From Antedon mediterranea (Eukaryota; Animalia; Echinodermata): a stretch of DNA of 64,000 nt. The position numbers were made by a program, and so were the translations under genes. The stretch covers positions 127,588 to 191,587 of the forward strand of contig NC_092676.1 of NCBI RefSeq assembly GCF_964355755.1, given 5' to 3'. Position 1 is the first letter of the stretch, and each line of letters starts with the position of its first letter. Below, piece by piece: positions 1 through 14,500 of the stretch. The notes under the pieces were generated by a model that was given only the letters and a program-made list of their open reading frames with translations, did not search any database and was not told the DNA's origin.

Positions 1-779
1 AATCAAGGGCTCATAAATTTACCTACTTGTGCTAAACCAAACTCTGGCAGACTGAGAGATTGGGATGTTCCATTCATCGCAAATCAATACATTTGTATAA
101 TCATATATTAAATCTATCAAAATAGTATTTTTTAAAGAAAATCGGCCTGTCTTTATGTCATTATGATGGTGTACTCTAGCTGTTCAACCGGTTTTCAGCT
201 ATAAAAACAATTATCGTAGGAGGAGATAGGAAAATGCGAAACCTCCTCGCATTTTTTTGGCGGGTATTTTTCAAGATGGACATCCATTAGACAGTGTATA
301 CCACGATCGGAAAACACCCCGATTTGGGGCAAATCGTTGAACCTAAATTCGTTTTAATCGTCAATAACTAATTATCTAACTTAATTTAATTAGTAAACAG
401 GGTTACATCAGGTGGTTAAAATCAGTACCGAAAGTACGAACCAACTTTATATACCATCGAGTAAAAATCCTAGAAGTAAGGCGCGATTTACCGAATTTTG
501 CCCTTACGTAAATTTATATATAGATACATAGTATATACATGTGTGTTATCATTAACTTATAGTTTTGTACCATGATTAAGACAGGTTTATTATAATCAGT
601 TTCTTGCTTCGTTGATAGATTGTAAAATTGATGAATCAATTTGTAATACCTACATTATTAGAATTGCCTATTACTGCCCGTTGGTCCCTTCTCTGCTGGC
701 GTCTGCGTCGTAAACACCATAGTAACAAGAGGACTATGATCATACATAATATCGCAATGGTTATCATAACCACAGCTAA

Positions 780-2112
780 TATCTCGGTCAAAGTTGGTGC
801 TGTGTGTAAGAGTAAATCTAGGAGTTATAACTTTAGTAGGGAATGTATTTCGTTCAAAGTTGGTGCTGTGTGTACGAATAAATCTAGGAGTTAAAACTTG
901 AGTAGGGTAAAGTATTTTTGTCAAAGTTGGTGCTGTGTGTACGAATAAATCTAGGAGTTATAACTGAGTAGGGTAATGTATTTCGGTCAAAGTTAATGCT
1001 GTGTGTACGAATAAATCTAGGAGTTATAATTTGAGTAGGGTAATGTATTTCTGTCAAAGTTGGTGCTGTGTGTACGAATAAATCTAGAAGTTATAACTTG
1101 AGTGGGGTAATGTATCTCTGTCAAAGTTGGTGCTGTATGTACGAATCAATCTAGGAGTTATAATTTAAGTAGGGTAATGTATCTCTGTCAAAATTGATGC
1201 TGTGTGTACGAATACATCTAGGAGTTATAATTTGAGTAGGGTAATGTATTTCAGTCAAAGTTGGTGCTGTGTGTACGAATAAATCTAGGAGTTATAACTG
1301 AGTAGGGTAATGTACGTATTTCGGTCAAAGTTAATGCTGTGTGTACGAATAAATCTAGGAGTTATAATTTGAGTAGGGTAATGTATTTCTGTCAAAGTTG
1401 GTGCTGTGTGTACGAATAAATCTAGAAGTTATAACTTGAGTGGGGTAATGTATCTCTGTCAAAGTTGGTGCTGTATGTACGAATCAATCTAGGAGTTATA
1501 ATTTAAGTAGGGTAATGTATCTCTGTCAAAATTGATGCTGTGTGTACGAATACATCTAGGAGTTATAATTTGAGTAGGGTAATGTATTTCAGTCAAAGTT
1601 GGTGCTGTGTGTACGAATAAATCTAGGAGTTATAACTGAGTAGGGTAATGTATCTCTGTCAAAGTTGGTGCTGTATGTACAAATCAATCTAGGAGTTATA
1701 ATTTGAGTAGGGTAATGTATTTCAGTCAAAGTTGGTGCTGTGTGTACGAATAAATCTAGGAGTTATAACTGAGTAGGGTAATGTATCTCTGTCAAAATTG
1801 ATGCTGTGTGTACGAATACATCTAGGAGTTATAATTTGAGTAGGGTAATGTATTTCAGTCAAAGTTGGTGCTGTGTGTACGAATCAATCTAGGAGTTATA
1901 ACTTGAGTAGGGTAATGTATCTCTGTCAAAGTTGGTGCTGTATGTACGAATCAATCTAGGAGTTATAATTTAAGTAGGGTAATGTATCTCTGTCAAAATT
2001 GATGCTGTGTGTACGAATAAATCTAGGAGTTATAACTTGAGTAGGGTAATGTATTTCGGTCAAAGTTAGTGCTGTGTGTACGAATAAATCTAGGAGTTAT
2101 AACTTGAGTAGT
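780..2112. repeat. Tandem array, ~61-bp unit (GTCAAAGTTGGTGCTGTGTGTACGAATAAATCTAGGAGTTATAACTTGAGTAGGGTAATGTATTTC-like), ~21-22 copies
   Basis: Unit visibly repeated, with recurring variant units. It accounts for the ORFs at 628-894 and 658-924. Confidence 0.95.
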
Positions 2113-3103
2113 AAATGTTTTCAGTTAGGTCTTAGATTGAAATGAAATAATGTCGACAGTTTAACTTACCATTTCCATTCGTTTCTGATGTTGAATTTGA
2201 TGGTTCATCTAACTCTACATGATAAACAATGTATGTTATAAGTAAGATGTACTGTTTATAAGCAATAGTACAAGGCCATTTTTTCAATTATTATACGTAT
2301 TAGGCCAACTGTAAAACCGTTACATAGAACATGAAATGTAGTAAATGATACTACTTACCTATTGTATTACCATTTGTCAGGTATACTAAATAAAAGATAC
2401 TCAGCAGAAATATACACTCTATGCTATACATATCATTTCTAAGATAGTTTAATGGTTTACAATGTAAAAATCCCTTCATAATGGCGGAAACTGGAGAAGG
2501 AAGTGTACCATAATAATATATAAATGTAAGCATGGAATCCGTAGGTGGTTTACTAAACGTAACAAATGTCAACAACAAGTTATTGTTAATCTTAGTTATA
2601 TTGTACGTTCTTTAACAGTCGAATGATCTCGAAAGGAGTTTAGTGACGCCTTGTGCATTACGATTTATTATAATTATGAATGCATAGTTCTATAAGATGC
2701 TTACTCAACGTCAAAGCTGGCCAACACTACTCGTGCCGGACCTACTTCCTCATTTCAGTTTTGATTAAAGAATATTTTTTATATACTATAAAGTTTAAAA
2801 TTTCGTATAGATAACAGATAAACAACATTTGGATGTTTCTACTTTACAATTTTATAAATAGGTTAACACCTTCTCAACTATAATGTGTATAGCTTAGTGA
2901 AATATTTCTCATTAAATAAGTAATAGACAGGAACTATCAAGATGGATTTAATTAATTTCAATAATCGTGTGAGATAATGGTGTGAGATAAGGAATAAGTA
3001 CAAACAACACGTTATAAATTGTACCATGTGACAGGTTCTCATATACTAATGCAAGAAAAGTAGCATTCGTATCAAACTCAAGTGTGATGCAGCACCTTGT
3101 ACA

Positions 3104-6100
3104 ATGTATGTCAATTTAAGATTCGCATTGTTAGTTGCTTTAGTTAAATATGGTAGGTACAGCAGGGGTATAAATAAATATTTAAAAGGATCGCATCAGA
3201 TGAAATCTAAATTAATCTTATATTTCAATTTAGTATTACAGGGTAGGTCTGTCTATGGAGCAAGAGAACGTATATGCGTAGATGGAACGGTTATTGAATC
3301 AAAATACTGGTGCGACTTTGTTGACGATTGTCCGGATGGAAGTGACGAGATACAGTGTGGTAAGTATACAAATCTTAAAGTAAAATTTGGTCATTATCCT
3401 AAAAAATGTTAATTTGACTATGAAATGTTAGTTTTTGTAACGAATTATGTTTGCAGCTTCAACGTGTAATTTTGAGAATGGTATTTGCAACGGCTGGACA
3501 CAGGACGACGATGATGATTATGATTGGTTAATGTGTAAACGTTCAATGATCAACGATGTATGTTCTGGATGTAATCAAAATAGAACATCGCAGGATTGTC
3601 CTGGACCCAATAAGGACCATACACATAACTCACTTTACGGTAACAAGATTATGATAATGTCATCAACTATGTTACAAATTCTTTTAATTTTAATTTGTTG
3701 TTGTTGTTCTAATGTGTAGTAAGTCACTAATTAATTAAAATGTTGTTGATCATTTCAGGTAGTTATATGTATGTTAATGGCAGATCAACACCAGCACGGT
3801 TGTCGTCAAAAGCTAATTTTGTCAGTCCCATGTTTTCAAATCCTAGCCCTGGTTGCACATTTAGTTTATGGCTAAATATGTACGGAGCTGAGATTGGTAA
3901 CATTGAAATAAAGATTCGAAACATGTTATCATATAAAGACGCCTTCCTTACTAGAGCATCCGATAAGACAGTCGATACATATAAATGGATTTACGTCAAA
4001 ACAAATATACCAAATTGTGTTTCTAAATTCAAGGTACGATTTTGCTCGATCAATATAGGTTTTCCTATACTGTTTTTAATATCTTACGTTAATATAATCC
4101 ATGATTTTAAATGCTGATCACCATTATTATTATTATTATTTGTATAATTATTTAATAAAGATAGTAATCGAAGCAGACGACCGCTCGAAACGGATTTCAT
4201 TTGGGGGATTTGCTATTGATGATTTGAGATTTGACGATTGTGGAAATAAAAGGCACGACAAGTGCCTGCCAGATCAAATTAGATGCAAATCGGGACAATG
4301 TTATCACAGAGTATCTCATTGTGACTACTCTAACGATTGCTGTGATGGAACTGATGAACAAGAATGTGGTCAGTAGCAAAAGGCATACACATATTAATAT
4401 CAAGACATTTGAATAAATGTCTCTTTAGCTATAGTACTTCAAATATCATAGTCATTAATTGTTTGCTCTGGTATCATAAATGAATTAAATCGATGTTATA
4501 TTTTTCATCTTAGGTAATCACACAATGTGTGATTTTAAGCATATGTGCGTGTGGAAGCAGCTAACTAATGATAATGTTAACTGGAATCGTTAGTATACAA
4601 AACTACCTTTGTTTTTCATTTCATTGATTATCGTTCATAGCACTTTCTTTGGCTTCTATTTTGTACTTTCGTTATAATTAACATTCATTAATCATTCACA
4701 CTATAATTACATAGGTACCTATAACTTGAACGAACGGGTTAGGTATGTTTTAATGTTGGCTGAAAGCGGTACAGTTGGAGAGGTTGCTAGGCTGCAAAGT
4801 TTAACAATAATGGCGATGAATGCAACATGTTACGTACGTATAGTCTTTAGTTGGCTGTTGACATGTATTTGGAACAAATATGTTTTAAAGTAGTACCATT
4901 GCGATAAAGGATATTTTATATAAAGCTTACGATTTACATTTCATTGTTTTTGTAAAGCAGATGCGTTTTTCTTATTACTTAAATAACATGGAGGCTGGTG
5001 CTTTAAGTATATACATGCAATTTTCCACCAAAGGCAAATTAAACCTGTTGTGGTCAAAACAAGGGAATCAGAAAAAATGGTTTCAAGATGTCATAGCTTT
5101 GCGTAGCAAGTATCCCTTTAAGGTAATAGCTTTGAGTAGCAAGTATCCCTTTAAGGTAATAGCTTTGAGTAGCAAGTATCCCTTTAAGGTAATAGCTTTG
5201 AGTAGCAAGTATCCCTTTAAGGTAAGGCCGAAACACCTTTTAGAATCCTTTTGTTTAAATAATAATTAAACAGTTAGTTACTTAAAACAGTTATGTCTTA
5301 GCCCTTGTTTTCCCCATCCCCCACCCAAGGACAGAACAATTATTCTTGACCCTGATAGATCTAAATATAATTTTGAATAAGATAAAATATCCTTACCTTT
5401 CTATTCTGTTGTAACGAATGATCTCCGAATATTAACTAGCTTGTTATTGAGGGTGTTAAAGAGAAAGATTGTACACCATATGTTTCAAAAGTATCATTTA
5501 CACCAGAATGTAAGTTTTCTCACATCGATCTGCCATCTTTAAGTTTTTTTTAATTCATTTAGATTATAATATAAACTGTAATAAATGCATGAAAGCTTTA
5601 CATTTAAGTTTATCCATGATAATGTTTAATTCTACCCATTCAATATTTGTTTAGTTACGAAAATGAAAGGTTGCGATTTTGAAAAAGGTTTATGTGACTG
5701 GGTAACGAAAACGAACACAGATTCCTACAATTTTACACGAGTTAAAGCGTCAGAACTAAAAGCAGCAACTGTATTTGAAACTCGCCCCTCTATTGACCAC
5801 ACATTTGCATCATCCAATGGTTTGTGCTTAAATTACTTTTTCATTTGCCGCTTTTAACAACATTTACCAAATAGTATGAGTAACGAGAGTCAAATTGATT
5901 TGTTTCCATTAAATGTTTCTGCTCTAAAACAATGTGTATGTAAAAACCATTACATAATTGTTCTATAATGACGAGGAGTAATTAATTAAAAACAGGTACA
6001 GCATACCTTTTGTGCATCTCAGCAACTAACTGTGTACCATGTTCTTATACGAACAGGTCACTACTTGCACGTGGCTGACGGAGTGTGTTTGAATGGTGAT

Positions 6101-9100
6101 GGAATTGCCGAGTTGTATACGTGGGTTTCAAGTGACAATTACGATTGTCGTTTACATTTTTGGTACGACATATTCATACCTGGAACTAGTTCCTTGCATG
6201 TAACAATTGAATACTACAATGTTGTAAGAAAAGAAGTTTGGAAGGAAATGGCTGACGTGAATAGAATGTGGACAGAGGCTAGTGTACTGATAGGAAAAGG
6301 ACACAACATGGCAGTACGTTACACACATCATTTTGTAAACTGTTTATTTTTCTTTTCTTATTACTTTGTACTATTAATTACGGTTAGTCGTATTCGATAT
6401 CTAATTTAAATTAAACTACTCTATACTTAAATGTAATGTTGGTTTACTCCTAGATTATAATTCAAGCTAAACAAGTTACAGAAATAACCGGAGGCATAAG
6501 CATCGATGACGTCAGTCTTATAAATTGTGAAAGGACGGGTAGGTATTTAATTGTCTCACAGAGAAATCCTCTTATCATTTTTATAATACATTTTTCTGTA
6601 TTTTTTTTATAAACTGATGAAACTCGGTGATTAGCTTTCCATGCAAAGAGTTAATATATACTGTAGTTTGTTATCTTTATCTCCTTTTTTTCATTTATTA
6701 CCTTTACAATTCTAGGCCTCAATGTTCTTTTCTTTTATTTTGATAGATACGATAATTGATGTATGCATGGATGGTAAAATGACATGTCTTAACGGAAATT
6801 GTATTGATTTGGAAAACGCATGTAATTACGAAAACGATTGTGGGGACTTTTCTGATGAAAAATACTGCGGTAAGTCACGGCAATGATGATATTGTCTCAT
6901 GAGTTATGTCACTGCAAACTATCAGTATGTTGGTCGCAGTGTTGATTGATTATAGATACAAAGTAGAAAACATCAGTGACAACAACCAATTATACTATAC
7001 TCTTTAAACATTGTAGTGAACATATTATTATTGTACATCATTATACAGAAGGTTATCCTGCATCATGTGACTTTGAATATGACTTTTGTGATTGGAAACA
7101 AGATTCTAACGATGATCTAGATTGGTTAATAAAGTCTTCTAAGAGTCCATATATAGGAGTGGGTCCAATTAGTGATCATACATTTAAATATGATTACGGT
7201 ATGAATTCAATTATTTCTATTTTCAATTTTAGTTCGGTTTTTCACTAATATTACGTCATCTTCATTTTATGATCATGCCAACCTATGTAAATCAAATAAT
7301 AATAATTTGAATTTAGGTAAATACATATACGTGCCGTCTACTTCTGAATTGAGTGCTGGCAATGGTAAAGTCGCTCGACTTGTTAGCCCAATGATAAAGA
7401 TGACAAGTCACCATTGTAAGGTATATATTATTTATTTATGTTACTACTAGGCCTATAGACGACTGTATTATATTAGGTACATATTACAACAAATTATAAC
7501 AAGATTCTTTCTTTTTTTTAGCTTCGTTTGTGGTATTTCATCGATGGCTTCAAAACAAGTCCTCTAATTATTTATCAACTGACGAGGAATCAATATGACG
7601 AAAATGATTTGAAGAAGGTTGGCGAAATCAGTTATCCTACGTTGAATTACTGGAAGTTATGGAGCGTGTTACTCAACCAACTTCAAACAAACTTCCAGGT
7701 TCAGTATCTTAAAACTCTTTTATGTTACATTGTTCATACCAAATGCACGATTTGGTTTATATACTTGATCTGTTTTTGGTGTTATAGGCTTTGCCCAAAT
7801 TATTCGTGTTTTAATGAATATTTTTATGAGCTATATGTACATTTAATTCTTCTAGATTGTTATAGAGAGTACCATCAAAGGAGGCACAGACGCGCAATTT
7901 ATTGCTATCGATGACGTCTCGCTATCAGACTCATGTATAACAGAAAGTAGTATACCAGCTGACGACGAAATAATACGTTTTAATTTGTGCGAAGACGGCC
8001 GAAGATTCCAATGTGGAATTTCAAATCAATGCTTTGAAGAAGTTCAGAGATGCAATTTTGTAAATGATTGTGAAGATGGCTCTGACGAAAATGAATGCGG
8101 TATGTTTTCAAATGGGAATAAAAATGAAATATAAATTAATTTTTGATTATTTAAATGCTCTACCATTTTACACGATTCAGGCGCAACATGTGGGTTTGAT
8201 ACCGGTTGGTGTGGATGGAAAGTTACTAAGAAGGAAGGCTTTAACTGGATGCGATCAAATGGAAAAACGTCTTCACCTAAAGACACTAGACCACGTGTTG
8301 ATCACACTAACGGTGGTACATTTAACGGTTTGTACTTTATCATATTATTTTTCATATATCACATGATATGTTTCAGTTGTAATAATCTAAACTGAATTGA
8401 ACTTGTCATTTTAGGTTATTATGTATACTTGCAAACCAGTGATCGGAATGGATCCGTCAGTGTGTTATATCCAGCAAACGTGTTTCTATATTATAGTCCA
8501 ACCTTTCAGCATTGTAGTGCTGCTTGTACATTTAGTATGTGGTACCATATGAACGGATATGGTACTGGCACACTCTCGGTGTATATACGAACATATGTGC
8601 CAAATAAGGTAGGAACATACTTTCACAAACAGTCGTGGTGGTTAAAGCATCAACTTATATCAGTCAACTTGTCATTGGTAACTGGTTTGGTATCATTGGT
8701 GTTATTTTGTAGGCCTATTTGTTTTTGTGGAGGTGGTAGTAACAATACATTTGGATCATTATTTTTCAGAACATATGCCTTTGGTCAATAGATCAAAATA
8801 AAGAAGATAAATGGATGTCAACAAATGATATTATAATCGGACATCAAGAACAATTTACACTGTTCATTGAATACACATTAAACACGGCAATAATTGGACA
8901 TGTCGCAATAGATGATATTCGTCTTAATCAGTGTGGGAAAGGTAGTGATTAATTAAAATCAATGGCATTTGGATGTTTTATATGTTTAACCATTGGTTGT
9001 GTTGATGTTTAATTAACTTAATTAGTTGTTCTGGTGATATTTTAGGCTGGTATATAGTGGTTATATTTCATAAATTGTATTTATAGAAATGTTTCAGGGA

Positions 9101-11244
9101 AATTGTTCTGCAGACGCAATCAAATGTAGTGACGGTAGTTGTGTAGAAAATGCGCACGTGTGTGATTTAAAAGCAGACTGTAAATGTGGACTAGATGAAA
9201 TTTACTGTAGTAAGTATTCATTCTCGAAATAGTTTGCAAGCTACGTCGGTTCTTCAATTGATTCTACTGAAAAGTGACTTTTTACGGTCCACAGATTCAA
9301 CTAATGGTGGATGTACATTCAACGGGGTTTTAGATGACTGTGGATGGAAGCAAGTTATTGATGAAGACCATGTATTATCTTGGAATCAACATGAAGGAAC
9401 AGACAGAAATATCAATTCAAAAGGCAAGGATAATGTAGGATCAGTTATTTTGATGCAATGTGCTTAAATGTAAAATGATTTTGTTTAAACATGGTTATAG
9501 TGATATCGTAGAGTTTTGTGGTGTTTTTAACTTGTAGACAACTGTCATTTCATATTTTACTTAGGTGATGTCTTGTTGGTGAAACCATCCAAAGACCAAA
9601 GGGGGGGGAAAGGTCAAGTTACAACTAGTGAATTTATTACAACTTCAGATGTTTGTTTTTTACGATTTTGGTATCGAATTTTCGGTGATGGCACCGAATA
9701 TTTACGGGTAATTTTCGTTTATAAAAATAATAATAATTTAATAAGTTGCGTTCTAACTTTATTATTACGTGCTCTAATCGGATCTCTCTTTGAATAACGA
9801 AAAAATGGCACTACAATTGTAGGGAGTTTTTTGTGAAAGTTGTAAAAAACATTATTTTTAATTCTTCTATTAAAGGTTTATACTCGATCGTTAACACCCG
9901 ATAGGAGTTTGCTATTAATGTATCATCAATCAAGTCAAACTGTTGGTTGGAAATACGTAGCCATGCCGGTTTATTATATTCATAATTATACTGTTGTATT
10001 CGAGGGTACAGTTTCATCAAATCATTCGTCTTATGTTGCTATTGATGACGTCACATTCTCAAAAGATTGCGTTTATGGTATTACCATGTTTACTTACCTT
10101 TTTCCTATTAGTCTTGTTAGTATGTATCCAGTTAGTAACAACATCCAATATTCCTTTAAGCATAAATGTGTTTTTCGTCCAGACCATTTTCTATCATGTT
10201 CCTATCATGAAGAGAATAAATCTTTTTTTTAAAATTTATAATGCAATATATTGCGCTCATGTGTAACAAATAATAACTAGGCCTATTAATATAAAGTAAC
10301 AAATAACTAGGTCTACCTGGAATCGATATCATAATTGCGTCTAGGTCTGGATTATTCCATGCTCTTTACTCATATTACGTTTCCTAAGATCTATCTTATT
10401 TTTACAATGTAAAATCATATAATAAATATATGTGTGTCCTATTAATTACAATACAGCTCCGGGAATATATTCAAACCCACTTGCTACAGACTGTCCAATG
10501 CCGTACGACGGTAAGAAACTATGCATTTAATTCACTACAGAATTATTTTTAATAATCATCACACAAAAACATACAAAAAACAAAACAAAAAATTTTCATT
10601 TTTCATTCAATAATTCTATATTTAGGAAACTACTTTGGTGTTTTTGTGGTAATCACCATTTGCATTGTTACCGTTGTTTTGGTCTCGACGTGTTATCTTG
10701 TTAGGTCAAGAAAACAGAAATTATTGACTTGGTAAATATTCTGTACTTTTACATTTTACTCGGTCTTCATAATGGCAACCTACCCGAAAAAGTAACAGTT
10801 ACTACGTTTGTTTATTACGTTAGGCTAATTATGCGCGTTGGCACTATTTTAGTGGAAGGGGACTTCTAAATTACCTCCCTTTTTAACTTTTGAAACACAG
10901 TCTGTCGAAGATGGCTTTTTTCAATATTAATTCAAATAGTAACCGTTTAATTGTTTTTATCATTTCTTAATTACAATAGTATACGTCAGAATGAAAGTGC
11001 TGATAGCACTGAAACTGGACATTACCTGGCAGCACACTGGGTAAGTATGCATTATTTAGGTTTTAACAAAACACAAGCTTATTTTATTGACGGGAGATCG
11101 TGGGTGTTCGTTACAACTGTAATTTTACTCTACCTTATAAACTCTCCTTTTGACGGAAAATTATGTATTTACTGTAGGCCTACTGCTTTTACCATATTTG
11201 TTTTTTTATAGGTTTATAATATCAGTGATAAAGGAACACAATGA
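3104..11244 (+). CDS. Multi-exon MAM and LDL-receptor class A domain type-I membrane protein (MALRD1/MAMDC4-like)
   Basis: Signal-peptide exons 3104-3152 and 3234-3359. LDLa motifs: CDFVDDCPDGSDEIQC, CDYSNDCCDGTDEQEC, CNYENDCGDFSDEKYC, CNFVNDCEDGSDENEC, CDLKADCKCGLDEIYC. MAM motifs: CNFENGICNGW, CDFEKGLCDW, CDFEYDFCDW, CGFDTGWCGW, AIDD ends. TM exon 10626-10731 (FGVFVVITICIVTVVLVSTCYLV then RSRK). Stop TGA 11242-11244. Junctions checked were GT-AG and in phase; not all junctions were checked. Confidence 0.9.
5090..5224 (+). repeat. 33-bp x4 in-frame repeat (VIALSSKYPFK) at the 3' end of a MAM exon; each unit ends at a GT donor
   Basis: AAG|GTAATA at 5123, 5156 and 5189; AAG|GTAAGG at 5222. 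Confidence 0.9.
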
Positions 11245-11549
11245 TCTAAATCTAAAAGAGTAACGGCGACACACGAGCAATACGATTGCTGTCATAGCAT
11301 AATTGCCTGTTATAACACACGATTGTAGTCTTGCAATTATGTAATAATTACGTTCTCTATCCTATAGTATTTAAATTTATACCGTTTGTTCCTTTAACGG
11401 TACCAGTAGACATATCTAAACAATAGTAGAATTACAAACAATCCTGCCTATTCTTGTTAAAACATTGAAGTTGCTGGCATTTAGCGATTAATGAATGTAT
11501 AATTTATTAATAAAGGTCAACCTATCAATATAATGAAATACATATAATT

Positions 11550-14500
11550 ATGCTAGTTATTATATACAACAAAATGTACAATTATGGTTCCATCTCTGAG
11601 GTTGAAGACGACATATCTACCACTACACAACAGGAAGAATCAAGTCGTCAGCAACCAATTATAAGTGCAGAAATTTGTGTTGTATTGTATACGTTTGTGT
11701 ATTCTGTAATATCTTCGGTTCAAGTGCAATATGTGGAATATATGGAGAGACTTGACCCTGATACATCAGAAGAAGCGTCATGTTCGAACGAATCTTCATC
11801 TGAAGAGTTAGACCTTAAAACGCGTGTTAATTTTATAGTTCTTGGTTTAATTGTAGCTAGCAGTGGAACCAGCTTTCTTGCGGTTCCAGTGATAAGTCAA
11901 ATATCATTACGTTTTGGATACAAGCGGGGCCTTTTAATAAATATTTCATTACTACTTTTATCCTGTTGTGTTTGGTTGATTTCTGTCCTTCTGGAATCAT
12001 CATATTGGTGGCTTGTTCTTGCACAGGTTATTAACGGGATTGGCGGAGGAGTTGCGGGTTCTCAAGCTTTAGTTACAGCCTATTTGTCTCTTATATATGA
12101 TAACTATCATCTTACTCAACGCCTTGTTGTTACTGGATCGTTGACACAGTTATTTATTGGAGTTGCTCAACTTTTAGTTGGATTTGTAATTAGTGATGAT
12201 AACTTCAGTTCATCATTTATAATGGCTACGTCAATTGCAGCTGCAGCAACGTTGTACACCGCACTTTGTATTAGGCATATACCCTCTAACATTGATATTA
12301 CTGAACCTGGTATTTTAAAGAAAATAAAAAAACTTATAAAAGAAAATTCATCAGCAGAGAATGTAAAATTTCTGTTAATTGGTCTGGTTCTATGTGGTCA
12401 CTGGGGTATAATGCGGGCTACAATTACTATTTCTGTTATCTATGTTATTTCTTATCCACTTTGTTGGAACAGTGAAACCGTCGGGTATTTCCTAGGATTG
12501 CTCTTTGGACTGGGAAGTGTAGGTAAGTCAACTCAAATATGTATAATTCGTTAATGTATATTGTTTATCATTAGTAGGCCTACCCTTACCATTATTCCGT
12601 ATCACCACACAGATTGCCAGTTTTACAGTTTATATCAGAAACACATCAGAAATTACAAATATGTCTGAAGCTTGGTTCCCACTAGAACGTAACGCAAGGA
12701 CGTAAACGCAACGCAAGCGTTTTAACCAATGACAAGCGAAGTTATAGACAGTTAGAAATCACAAGCAAATAATCCATCGCTTGTGATTGGTCAATTTACT
12801 TGCGTTGCGTTACGTCCTTGTGTTGCGTCGCTAGTGGTAACCACGCTTTATAGTGAGCCTGTCATACAAATGTGTTTTAACTGTCATAAACTACAAAATT
12901 TCTACAGGACAAGCCTCCTGTCATGAACTACAAAGTGTTTTAAAGGACACAGTGCCTGTCATTATGCACTGAACTGCATAGTGTTTCAGGACTCAGTGCC
13001 TGTCATTATGAACTGCATAGCGTTTCAGGATACAGTGCATGTCATTATGAACTGCATAGTGTTTCAGGACACAGTGCCTGTCATTATGAACTGCATAGCG
13101 TTTCAGGACATAGTGCCTGTCATTATGAACTGCATAGTGTTTCAGGACACAGTGCATGACATATGAACTGCATAGTGTTTCAGGACACAGTGCCTGTCAT
13201 TATGAACTGCATAGTGTTTCAGGACACAGTGCATGTCATATGAACTGCATAGTGTTTCAGGACACAGTGCCTGTCACTATGAACTGCATAGTGTTTCAGG
13301 ACACAGTGCCTGTCACTATGAACTGCATAGCGTTTCAGGACACAGTGCATGTCACTATGAACTGCATAGTGTTTCAGGACACAGTGCCTGTCATTATGAA
13401 CTGCATAGTGTTTCAGGACACAGTGCATGTCATTATGAACTGCATAGTGTTTCAGGACACAGTGCATGTCATTATGAACTGCATAGTGTTTCAGGACACA
13501 GTGCCTGTCATTATGAACTGCATAGTGTTTCAGGATACAGTGCCTGTCACTATGAACTGCATAGCGTTTCAGGACACAGTGCATGTCATTATGAACTGCA
13601 TAGTGTTGCAGGACACAGTGCATGTCACTATGAACTGCATAGTGTTTCAGGACACAGTGCCTGTCATTATGAACTGCATAGTGTTTCAGGACACAGTGCA
13701 TGTCATTATGAACTGCATAGTGTTTCAGGACACAGTGCATGTCATTATGAACTGCATAGTGTTTCAGGACACAGTGCCTGTCATTATGAACTGCATACTG
13801 TTTCAGGACACAGTGCCTGTCGTTATGAACTGCATAGTGTTTCAGGACACAGTGCATGTCATTATGAACTGCATAGTGTTTCAGGACACAGTGCCTGTCA
13901 TTATGAACTGCATAGTGTTTCAGGACACAGTGCATGTCATTATGAACTGCATAGTGTTTCAGGATACAGTGCCTGTCACTATGAACTGCATAGTGTTTCA
14001 GGATACAGTGCATGTCATTATGAACTGCATAGTGTTTCAGGACACAGTGCCTGTCATTATGAACTGCATAGTGTTTCAGGACACAGTGCATGTCATTATG
14101 AACTACATAGTGTTTCAGGACACAGTGCCTGTCATTATGAACTGCATAGTGTTTCAGGACACAGTGCCTGTCATATGAACTGCATAGTGTTTCAGGATAC
14201 AGTGCCTGTCATTATGAACTGCATAGTGTTTCAGGACACAGTGCCTGTCATTATGAACTGCATAGTGTTTCAGGACACAGTGCCTGTCATTATGAACTGC
14301 ATAGTGTTTCAGGACACAGTGCCTGTCATTATGAACTGCATAGTGTTTCAGGACACAGTGCATGTCATTATGAACTACATAGTGTTTCAGGACACAGTGC
14401 CTGTCACTATGAACTGCATAGCGTTTCAGGACACAGTGCATGTCATTATGAACTACATAGTGTTTCAGGACACAGTGCCTGTCACTATGAACTGCATAGC

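Noticed and set aside
780-2112. CRISPR-like appearance of the regular arrays (also 12940-16600 and 26692-30575)
   Set aside because: No unique spacers, no cas genes and a eukaryotic intron context; these are plain tandem repeats.
5387-5396. ATATCCTTAC U12-like motif in the MAM gene
   Set aside because: It lies inside an ordinary GT-AG intron with no exon ending there.
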